Shown here: positions 56,685 through 64,000 of the stretch, in pieces | How the letters are laid out: the number at the start of each line of letters is the position of its first letter | How positions within the stretch are numbered: position 1 is the first letter of the stretch | The notes under the pieces: generated by a model | What the model was told of the DNA's origin: nothing | The model's input: only the letters and a program-made list of their open reading frames with translations | Databases searched by the model: none | Position numbers and translations under genes: made by a program | Origin: a virus | Strand: one strand, 5' to 3' | IMG/VR virus record: IMGVR_UViG_3300048997_000130 | Coordinates: 32,001-96,000 of that record | DNA length: 64,000 bases

Positions 56685-56933
56685 TTACGCGACTGACATC
56701 ATACCTGACGGTTGGACTGGCATGTTACTAACAATAAATATAATATTCTCGTCGTTATTCCAATCGAACGTTATGACATGATAATTGTCAGTATTGGCAT
56801 TCCAACATGCTTGACAAAAAATCCTATGCCAATATTGTGTCGTATATCGACGTACTAGACGAGATATTTGCCCGCACACAGAACATTGGCCGTGTTCAGG
56901 ACTCCATAAGATATACATACTAATGCATTCCAA
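56685..56933 (-). CDS. small zinc-finger protein
   Basis: CSVC and CQAC pairs. Confidence 0.5.
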   Translation of the reverse strand: MECISMYILWSPEHGQCSVCGQISRLVRRYTTQYWHRIFCQACWNANTDNYHVITFDWNNDENIIFIVSNMPVQPSGMMSVA

Positions 56934-57008
56934 TAAGGTTATATGATAAATCAGAATTCATTTCTTAATATAATATCATAATAGATAGATTCCGATGTAG
57001 ATTATCAT

Positions 57009-57524
57009 ATGACTTCGAAACGAGTATCTATTCAAAATATTGGACAAGTTCGTACCATAAATATATTAAATAATCAAGTTCGCATCACTATCGAATGTCC
57101 TGACATTAAAACAGCTGTTTATTATGAATCCAATATAAATGCAGATTTACCTCAAGTTTGGGAATGGATTTATGTGGAAGCCTGGGGAGAAGTAAATTCT
57201 GGAAAATCGGATGATACACTCATATATAAACCATATTACCATGTGCCATTAGATGGGACTCACAAAGATCAATGGAAATTTATGGAACTGCGCGATTTCA
57301 AATTCATACGTATTCCACCACGGAATTTAATGAATATTTTGGAAAGCTTGTCAGAAAGAATAAAATTACATATTGACCACTGGACTAGTACTAATTCCGA
57401 AGAACAATTATCTAAAACTCTAGAGATTGTGAACCAATTGCAATCAACCATGGAACTGGCTACTCGAATAGCCAGTCGAATCAATATTATTGACTCTTCA
57501 CGCGAGAAAAAGCCATATCTATAA
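57009..57524 (+). CDS. hypothetical protein
   Basis: 171-aa ORF with a C-terminal coiled coil. Confidence 0.55.
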   Translation: MTSKRVSIQNIGQVRTINILNNQVRITIECPDIKTAVYYESNINADLPQVWEWIYVEAWGEVNSGKSDDTLIYKPYYHVPLDGTHKDQWKFMELRDFKFIRIPPRNLMNILESLSERIKLHIDHWTSTNSEEQLSKTLEIVNQLQSTMELATRIASRINIIDSSREKKPYL

Positions 57525-57702
57525 TAGATCGTATCGGATCCGTATCAAGATTAGATGTTGATAATAACTGGTTCCGTCTTTTCAATTCCGAAGACACTTT
57601 ATCTAAATGAGAAAGTAATTCATTATCGGACAATTGTTCTAAATCAACCGAATCCAGTAATGTCTTAGATGCGGATTGTTCCATATCGATAATTATGTCC
57701 AA
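57487..57702 (-). CDS. small hypothetical protein
   Basis: 71 aa; LEQLSDNELLSHL helix; overlaps neighbours. Confidence 0.4.
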   Translation of the reverse strand: MDIIIDMEQSASKTLLDSVDLEQLSDNELLSHLDKVSSELKRRNQLLSTSNLDTDPIRSIIDMAFSRVKSQ

Positions 57703-58162
57703 TCATACGATGAAATGGTTTTTAGATGAAATCCGGATCGAATTTTCTAATTTACCATACCTTAGGATATGTGTATCTCCACAACATAACATCATTAATT
57801 TAAATCCATTATATGATGATGGATTTGAACCCAAACTTATCATAATTGATTTAAGTAAACAACCAATGAAACAAACAATTTATGATGAATTATCCAAAAA
57901 TATAGGAATAATAACTAATCATCATATAATTCGTGATATTGTGGATTCATTATATTCAACATGTGGAATTGATAATATATTAAGTATTGATCCACAATCT
58001 GTCCATGGATTATCGAGTGTGGAATTATTTAATCAGAAATGGAATATGAAACGTTTTTATGAACTACTGCATCGATTTAATATTAAAGATAATATTAAAT
58101 ATGAAGATGCTCTAGCTATACTCGATAAATATTATATAATAGATCCGATCATGAAGTCATGA
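57695..58162 (+). CDS. hypothetical protein with C-terminal IMxS motif
   Basis: Ends YYIIDPIMKS. Confidence 0.6.
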   Translation: MSNHTMKWFLDEIRIEFSNLPYLRICVSPQHNIINLNPLYDDGFEPKLIIIDLSKQPMKQTIYDELSKNIGIITNHHIIRDIVDSLYSTCGIDNILSIDPQSVHGLSSVELFNQKWNMKRFYELLHRFNIKDNIKYEDALAILDKYYIIDPIMKS

Positions 58163-58758
58163 ATCATCAAGGGAAACATGCACCACCCAGTGCAATAATT
58201 TTGATTGATTGCAAAGAGTATGATATTAATTATTTGAAAATATCATTTATTGAATCTGAGCGCTGGGTACTTGATGCTATGTCCAATAAAGGCGAGCGAT
58301 TCGTAATTGATTTAGTCCAGGGAAAGATTCCGGATACGTCCGGAATCGATTTATCTCAGATAGTTGGAAGCCGACCATTTAAAGAATTGACTAGTTCGCT
58401 ATATCAACGTAAAATCGGGGAAATGCTTCGAATATGGATTGAAATGGTATTCGGATCGCCAGTCGATTTATATGATAGTGGGCTTTTTCCGATTTCTAAA
58501 TCAGAAGATACATATCAAGTCCCGTCTGATGATCATATTATATGCGCTTGGAACACCGTTGCATTTTGCGAATATATAACTCAAAAATCGTCCGACTGGA
58601 TAGCATTACTGGAAAGACCAGCTTTAATTGAAGCCCTTGATCATTATTATTCAGAACAAATCCCGAAATCTAGTTCCAATCCAGACGCTTGCGATGGAAG
58701 TTCTCCTCCCTTAGGTGCAAATACTTCTAATACTATAACATCGGAAGCCGATTCATAA
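58159..58758 (+). CDS. hypothetical protein
   Basis: 199-aa ORF with ATGA overlap. Confidence 0.5.
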   Translation: MNHQGKHAPPSAIILIDCKEYDINYLKISFIESERWVLDAMSNKGERFVIDLVQGKIPDTSGIDLSQIVGSRPFKELTSSLYQRKIGEMLRIWIEMVFGSPVDLYDSGLFPISKSEDTYQVPSDDHIICAWNTVAFCEYITQKSSDWIALLERPALIEALDHYYSEQIPKSSSNPDACDGSSPPLGANTSNTITSEADS

Positions 58759-59084
58759 TATATTGAAGTGAGTTGAAGATATGTTGCGAATTCTGGTTGA
58801 CGAGCTTTTAAAGTAAATCTTAACTGCCTCTCTATTGGATTGCAAATTACTAATAGATCCGAAATTAATATTGGACCTAATGAATCCTCTGAATGTGCAT
58901 TATATAATGATAATTGCCAAGACTGGTTCCCAGTCTTGGAAGAAGTAAAACTCGTGGCCAATATCTCAACCGGAGTAGGATTGACTTCAATACTGACTGG
59001 ATTATCAGGAATATGATATGATTCCTCATTTGCACAACGACAAGATATGAACATCAAAGCCAACCATGTATATATAATCTTCAT
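58647..59084 (-). CDS. putative lipoprotein beside the endolysin
   Basis: Probable start MKIIYTWLALMFISC (signal peptide II-like) just after the endolysin stop. Confidence 0.45.
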   Translation of the reverse strand: MKIIYTWLALMFISCRCANEESYHIPDNPVSIEVNPTPVEILATSFTSSKTGNQSWQLSLYNAHSEDSLGPILISDLLVICNPIERQLRFTLKARQPEFATYLQLTSIYYESASDVIVLEVFAPKGGELPSQASGLELDFGICSE

Positions 59085-59088
59085 AAGA

Positions 59089-60216
59089 TTAACATTGATG
59101 ATGAGCTTTCCAAGCTCCAATTAATTCAGTTCGTGTATTCAATCCAACAGAACCCCTGGAATCAATCGAAATTTGATTATCCTGTTGGAATTCTCCGATG
59201 GCCTTTTGGGTCAATTTTCCCATAACGTCGTCTGCACCAGCAGGACCTACGTCATATCCTAAATCAATAAGTAATTCTTGAATATCCTTAGTCGATGTGA
59301 ACGTCGGAGCATTACCAGCGTCGCAAATACTATTTAAATCTAAATGCCAATTTTGCAAATCCTGAAAAAAATCTGGGAGATCTATCCCATAATTTTTCTC
59401 AAGATATGGACGGATTTTATTATATCTATCAGGATAAATCGATATTTTGGGTCCGAATGTTAATTCGCGCAGCATCGTTATGCACCAGTCTTTGGACCAT
59501 TTCAAAGCAGTACTTGATGACGAAGCTACTAATAATGATTTGGAAGCTGCAGCTGGTAAGTTAGATGCAAACGATAAATATGCTGTTCGCATCGCACCCA
59601 CCCACCCTTCGTCAGGGAACGAGGCATCTCGACCCCATAAAATGGCTTGGGCTTCAGGTGTTGCGAATCCTCGTAACCTAGCAATAGTCATGTCCACTTG
59701 AACCGATTCAGCTTCGGGATGCAAGAGCACATCCGAAATACAAGCTGCCCATAACTTAGCGTGAGATTTGGAAACACCGTCCCACGATCCAAGCGATCCG
59801 TTAGAATTTAGAAAATATGTTTGGTGTTGTTCTGGCAATGAGTCTACAATATTGTTAGTACCGCGAACACGTAAACGCCACTTACCAGAACCAACATCTA
59901 CAAAATCTACGTTTGAAGCATCAAGCGCCGGTTTTAGAGGAGTGAGTAATGATAAATTTTTTTCAGCAATTTTCCCTAATAGATTTGAAGACGAAAAATA
60001 CGACGCTTCGCACCATTGAATATATCCAATGGATAATACGCATCTATCATACATATTGATGGCATCAGGAGCCCCGCCTTCAGTCCGTGTTATGACGTCA
60101 AATGCACGTTGACCGGGCGTAGGAGACACCGGGAGAATATATTTTTTGGATCCACCAAAGTATGGGCCTTCCCAGTTTTTATATTTCCCCCAACGTATGT
60201 TAGCAACGCTTGTCAT
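59089..60216 (-). CDS. endolysin-like: lysozyme-fold catalytic domain + C-terminal peptidoglycan-binding domain
   Basis: ITRTEGGAPDAINMYD...SIGYIQW; PG_binding_1-like IQELLIDLGYDVG..ADDVMGKLTQKAIGEFQ. Confidence 0.75.
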   Translation of the reverse strand: MTSVANIRWGKYKNWEGPYFGGSKKYILPVSPTPGQRAFDVITRTEGGAPDAINMYDRCVLSIGYIQWCEASYFSSSNLLGKIAEKNLSLLTPLKPALDASNVDFVDVGSGKWRLRVRGTNNIVDSLPEQHQTYFLNSNGSLGSWDGVSKSHAKLWAACISDVLLHPEAESVQVDMTIARLRGFATPEAQAILWGRDASFPDEGWVGAMRTAYLSFASNLPAAASKSLLVASSSSTALKWSKDWCITMLRELTFGPKISIYPDRYNKIRPYLEKNYGIDLPDFFQDLQNWHLDLNSICDAGNAPTFTSTKDIQELLIDLGYDVGPAGADDVMGKLTQKAIGEFQQDNQISIDSRGSVGLNTRTELIGAWKAHHQC

Positions 60217-60292
60217 GATTCAATTCCACCTTACTTAATCTATCGAATTAAAACCTTCGAAAATCAATTATATATTTTGGTATTGGTGACTG

Positions 60293-60787
60293 ATGTATAT
60301 AAATAGATATTATGAAGCGGTTTCCAAACTAGACAATGAACAACTATTAAGACTTACTGTTTTAGAATGGCTCTACGACAAGTCCCCAGCTGCGAGCAAA
60401 ACAGGTCGTACTTATTTAACTGCATTGGCTGTTTTAGGTTGCTCGCTTCGGAATCCAAATTATCCGATATTTATAACAGATCACGCTGGAAACGGCACGG
60501 TCGTTAAACAAAATTTGTTTAATGAAATTTCTAAATTAATAGGAATCGTGGATGAAAAAAATTTCATCCAATTTGGAACTCAAATTATGTTTAAATTGCC
60601 TGAAGAAGAACAACCCGACCAGCATATGATTCCGAATATCGCTCCATCTTTGCGCGGGGTTTTTAGACGACTGCTTGTTAAATTGCTTAAAGACGCAGTA
60701 ACATTAGTTATGCGCAACGGACTTTCTTACGAAGAAGTCTGTATTGCGACAAACGAAGTGATTATACTAGGAGTCCAAGACTCTTGA
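60293..60787 (+). CDS. hypothetical protein ending VIILGVQDS
   Basis: 164-aa ORF; C-terminus resembles the IMxS family. Confidence 0.55.
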   Translation: MYINRYYEAVSKLDNEQLLRLTVLEWLYDKSPAASKTGRTYLTALAVLGCSLRNPNYPIFITDHAGNGTVVKQNLFNEISKLIGIVDEKNFIQFGTQIMFKLPEEEQPDQHMIPNIAPSLRGVFRRLLVKLLKDAVTLVMRNGLSYEEVCIATNEVIILGVQDS

Positions 60788-61335
60788 AGAAAAGAATTTT
60801 ACTTGACGTGGATGGAGTGCTTGCTGCATTCCATGAACGCGCTATTAAAGAAATACGAGAACTGTTTGATTTAGATATAACAATGCAAGATTTCCCGGAT
60901 TGGGACGTTACTCATGTTCTGGAAAATGAAGAAGACAGGAGTTTATTAAATTCTCGAATTCATGAACCCGGATGGGCAACGTCTCTCGAGCCTTATCCAC
61001 AAGCTATCCATGCGGTCCAAGAACTGCGTCGGAACAATATTGAAATAATGTTCGCGACCAGTCCCAATCAACATTCAGATACTTGGATGCGAGAGCGAGA
61101 CAAATGGCTAATTCGGCACTTTGGTATGAAATTTGACGAAATTGCGCATATTCATAAAAAATATTGGCTGGTTGCTGATATGTTGGTAGATGATAAAATA
61201 TCTAATGTTCTGATTTATTCTCAACATCATCCAGGAAAACATGCGTTGTTGTGGGATCAGACTTATAATAGGAAGGACATACAATGCAAGCGCGCTCTGT
61301 GTTGGGACAAAGATGTTCTAGCTGTATTTATCTGA
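60784..61335 (+). CDS. HAD-family 5'(3')-deoxyribonucleotidase (NT5C-like), second copy
   Basis: LLDVDGVLAAF, FATSP, RDKWL, LVDDK, WDQTYN. Confidence 0.85.
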   Translation: MKKRILLDVDGVLAAFHERAIKEIRELFDLDITMQDFPDWDVTHVLENEEDRSLLNSRIHEPGWATSLEPYPQAIHAVQELRRNNIEIMFATSPNQHSDTWMRERDKWLIRHFGMKFDEIAHIHKKYWLVADMLVDDKISNVLIYSQHHPGKHALLWDQTYNRKDIQCKRALCWDKDVLAVFI

Positions 61336-61365
61336 CACTCTAGGCTTTTCAAGCAAGGTGATGAT

Positions 61366-61590
61366 ATGGACAATTCATTCCAAATGACTCCAGACGAATT
61401 CAGACATTTGGTAAAGACTTGGGCTATGTGTTCCAATCAATCGCAACGTCCTCGTCAGCAAACTATTGCTGGATTCGATGCAGATATTGCTAAAGCATAT
61501 CAAAATGTTTTGGATGCAGAAGAAGAACTTTTTAAATTGTGCAGTTTCAAAGTGAATGCTAATCCGGATTTCTATAATATAACGGCTTAA
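61366..61590 (+). CDS. hypothetical protein
   Basis: 74-aa ORF with AAGGTG SD. Confidence 0.5.
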   Translation: MDNSFQMTPDEFRHLVKTWAMCSNQSQRPRQQTIAGFDADIAKAYQNVLDAEEELFKLCSFKVNANPDFYNITA

Positions 61591-61904
61591 CTATTCATTA
61601 TATTGTGGAGTATTGCTAATTTTTGAGCTTCCGAACACGATTCAGGGATTTTAGATTTGAATCGTGTTAGCAGTCGTTCAAGAATGTGAGTGAATAATGA
61701 TTCATGTTTATGGCGATTGATGTTCAGGAATTTATCTGTGACTTTCAAAATGGCAATCCAATCACAATTTTGACAAGTCAGCATATAAGAAGGTAAATGG
61801 GAACTCAAGTCTTTATCTAAAGATTCATGGATGAACAAGATGTGATCACCATGATTGGAGTCGATGTTAAAAGATTTTGGAATGATTATTTGAGGCGAAT
61901 TCAT
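61587..61904 (-). CDS. small CxxC protein with C-terminal IMxS motif
   Basis: LTCQNCDW; ends CSEAQKLAILHNIMNS. Confidence 0.6.
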   Translation of the reverse strand: MNSPQIIIPKSFNIDSNHGDHILFIHESLDKDLSSHLPSYMLTCQNCDWIAILKVTDKFLNINRHKHESLFTHILERLLTRFKSKIPESCSEAQKLAILHNIMNS

Positions 61905-62224
61905 GTTCGCATGATTTGGCGAATTATTGAAGATTTTTCACAGTCTTTGCATTGTATTGGATGTAAAAATATTTCTTCAGGAGCGACGCCATGGAAGACA
62001 GCGTCAGTGAAGCGTTTATTGTCCTCCGAACATGCTTCGAAAGCGCATCGGAACAAATGGATGGAGTGGCGTTCTTTGTGCAAATCCACGTTCGACAATG
62101 TGAATGATTTTCCATCGCGTGATGTGAAACCTTGGAAACCTGCATGGAAATCTATTATGGGAAAGACATACAAGCCAGTTTGACGAATGTGTTGCGAGAC
62201 TGCGTCGAGGAGCGCTCGTATCAT
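61901..62224 (-). CDS. small Cys protein with C-terminal IMxT motif
   Basis: FRCAFEAC; ends CKDCEKSSIIRQIMRT; ATGA overlaps at both ends. Confidence 0.6.
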   Translation of the reverse strand: MIRALLDAVSQHIRQTGLYVFPIIDFHAGFQGFTSRDGKSFTLSNVDLHKERHSIHLFRCAFEACSEDNKRFTDAVFHGVAPEEIFLHPIQCKDCEKSSIIRQIMRT

Positions 62225-62493
62225 GACTGCATTATGTGCCAAACGGTTTGATACTTTTCAATGTCTTGCGGCGAACAACTTTGTCCAACGCGATGAATGA
62301 TTTGGCGAATGATGCCCGAAACTGGGACGTCAATGTTGGAATTCAAAATGGGAACGTGGTCTGATTTGTGCGAACCGCAAACGGAACAACTGACGTGAAT
62401 GGGGATGCCATGCCTGACATCTCGGATTTCGGAAAGTTCAAACTGGAAAACATGATTTCCAAATTCAGGACGATGGACGACTTCGGATTTCAT
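62221..62493 (-). CDS. small CxxC protein with C-terminal IMxS motif
   Basis: Probable start MKSEVV at 62493; VSCSVCGS; ends QTVWHIMQS. Confidence 0.6.
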   Translation of the reverse strand: MKSEVVHRPEFGNHVFQFELSEIRDVRHGIPIHVSCSVCGSHKSDHVPILNSNIDVPVSGIIRQIIHRVGQSCSPQDIEKYQTVWHIMQS

Positions 62494-62540
62494 GTTAGGA
62501 CGTGGAAAATCCAAGATTTGGAACGGTACAATGACAAACC

Positions 62541-63347
62541 ATGACAAAAAAGGAAAAACCTCGAGCTTTGGGCCTGACCGCAAGAGACTGCGTCGAAGCG
62601 CTTCGAAAAGCGTTCCCGATGCCCGCTTACGCGCTGTTTGAACAAGTGGGAAATGCGACTGGAGCCCGAACCCAACGCTGGGCAGACGTGCTCATTTTGT
62701 CCATTTGGCCGAGCCGTGGTTTGAACCTTTCCGGATTTGAAATCAAAGTGTTTCGGTCGGACTGGAAAAAGGAACTTGCGGAGCCGGCCAAAAGCGAGGC
62801 TGTGCAAAAATTTTGCGACAACTGGTTCGTGGTGGCTCCGCAAGGTTTGATTGAAGCCTCGGAAATGCCTGAATGCTGGGGCTTGCTTGAAGTGACCGAA
62901 AAGCGAAAACTGGTGACTGCGAAACCAGGGCCGACGTTGCAAGCTTGCCCGATGACCAAAGATTTCTTGGCCGCTTTGTTGCGAAGGCAGGCGGAGAGCT
63001 TTGAAGCCGTTGTGGAAAGTCGATGCCGGGAAGCGCGCCAAGCTGGAGAAGAAACCGGGGCGCCCGAAATGGCTCGGAGACTGAACGTTGTGCAAGAAAA
63101 CTTTCAAGAGCTGTCGAACCAAATGACTGAATTTGAACGTGCCAGCGGCGTGGACGTGCGACATGCTTGGGACTGCGGAAAAATTGGGGAAGCCGTGCGC
63201 AAAGTGATGAATGCAGGCTTTCGACAAACGGCTTCGGAAGTGGCTCGAAATGCTATTGCCGAACACCGGCAAATGATTCAAGCGCTGGAATGCGAACTGT
63301 CATACTTGGAGAGCGTTGGCCAAGACAAGACGCCGAGCTTGACGTAA
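62541..63347 (+). CDS. MmcB-like PD-(D/E)XK nuclease with coiled-coil tail
   Basis: FEQV...RWADVL...GFEIKVFRSDWKKEL...K...CDNWFVV...WGLL. Confidence 0.75.
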   Translation: MTKKEKPRALGLTARDCVEALRKAFPMPAYALFEQVGNATGARTQRWADVLILSIWPSRGLNLSGFEIKVFRSDWKKELAEPAKSEAVQKFCDNWFVVAPQGLIEASEMPECWGLLEVTEKRKLVTAKPGPTLQACPMTKDFLAALLRRQAESFEAVVESRCREARQAGEETGAPEMARRLNVVQENFQELSNQMTEFERASGVDVRHAWDCGKIGEAVRKVMNAGFRQTASEVARNAIAEHRQMIQALECELSYLESVGQDKTPSLT

Positions 63348-63944
63348 AACTGCAAGCTGGATGGAATGGAAGCTTTCGACGCTGGAAATGGGGACGATTT
63401 CCGAAAGCCCATGTTTTCGGCAGAGACTGGCCACGAACTGGCTGGCCAGACTGGAAGAAGGCGGAGCAAAATGCAGAATGCTGTGAAAGCGCCGAAGCAA
63501 CGCTGTATCCAGCATGTCCGGCCGATTGGTGGTGGCAATGAGAATGCCGTTGGGAACGTTGTCCAGAAGCGCAAGAAGCGTGCAAACTATGCGAGACTCC
63601 TCACGCGACGCCTCGTTGGAATGCGCGGCTCGAACGGTGCCTAGAGCGTCGATTTCATCAAGAATGAGAATGTGGTTCGAACGCAGGACGTCAAAAAGCT
63701 GATTCAAATTTTGACCGGTGGAGCCCAGGAAAGATTCAACGACGCGCGGCAAACTGACCAAAAATGCTGGACGGCCAAGTTCAACCGAAAGCCATTGAGC
63801 GGCTGCGGTTTTGCCGTTGCCAGGTAAACCCTGGAACAAAATGCGAGACCGAGGAACGAGATTTCGAGCGGAAAGCAAATGGGAATGCGCTTGTTCTAAA
63901 ACGATGTCCCGAAGCTCGGACCAAATGTGCGATTCCAAGAACAA
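63300..63944 (-). CDS. AAA+ ATPase (single domain)
   Basis: GLPGNGKT, ILDEIDAL, ATTNRPDMLDTALLRRF. Confidence 0.85.
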   Translation of the reverse strand: MFLESHIWSELRDIVLEQAHSHLLSARNLVPRSRILFQGLPGNGKTAAAQWLSVELGRPAFLVSLPRVVESFLGSTGQNLNQLFDVLRSNHILILDEIDALGTVRAAHSNEASREESRIVCTLLALLDNVPNGILIATTNRPDMLDTALLRRFHSILHFAPPSSSLASQFVASLCRKHGLSEIVPISSVESFHSIQLAVLRQARRLVLANALQV

Positions 63945-64000
63945 ATGCGGCTGAACGCACGGAACTGGATGCGTGAGCTCAAGAACGCGCGCAGAAAGCT

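Overview
64 kb of a large (jumbo/huge-type) dsDNA bacteriophage genome, AT-rich and densely coding in the standard genetic code. No rRNA, tRNA or CRISPR array was found. Left to right: a head/packaging block (intein-containing terminase large subunit, acidic hypothetical proteins, a BACON/Ig-like protein); a long minus-strand transcription/replication/recombination operon (sigma-like HTH protein, 5'-3' exonuclease, NusG, DnaX, primase, half of SbcC, beta-clamp-like protein, PD-(D/E)XK nuclease, SbcD, intein-containing RecD2); an NAD-dependent ligase split into two divergently oriented genes; intein-containing class II RNR, HolA/HolB and two more sigma-like genes; a ~600 bp palindrome- and hairpin-rich intergenic strand switch; and a nucleotide-metabolism/accessory region (PurZ-type synthetase, HNH, double-domain ThyX, two HAD nucleotidases, dNMP kinase, DHH phosphoesterase, HhH glycosylase, endolysin). 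The last ~2 kb is markedly GC-richer. Main highlights: (1) the adenylosuccinate-synthetase-family gene carries PurZ rather than PurA diagnostic residues, suggesting 2-aminoadenine (Z) DNA in a giant phage with a bacterial Pol III-type clamp and clamp loader; (2) the split, head-to-head ligA would be restored by one inversion; (3) at least seven unrelated small proteins share a C-terminal I/V-M-x-S/T motif; (4) a sigma-like protein is fused to a DnaA domain-IV-like module; (5) a nuclease is fused to a Mom-like GNAT domain. All family calls come from motif recognition by eye; no database searches were run.
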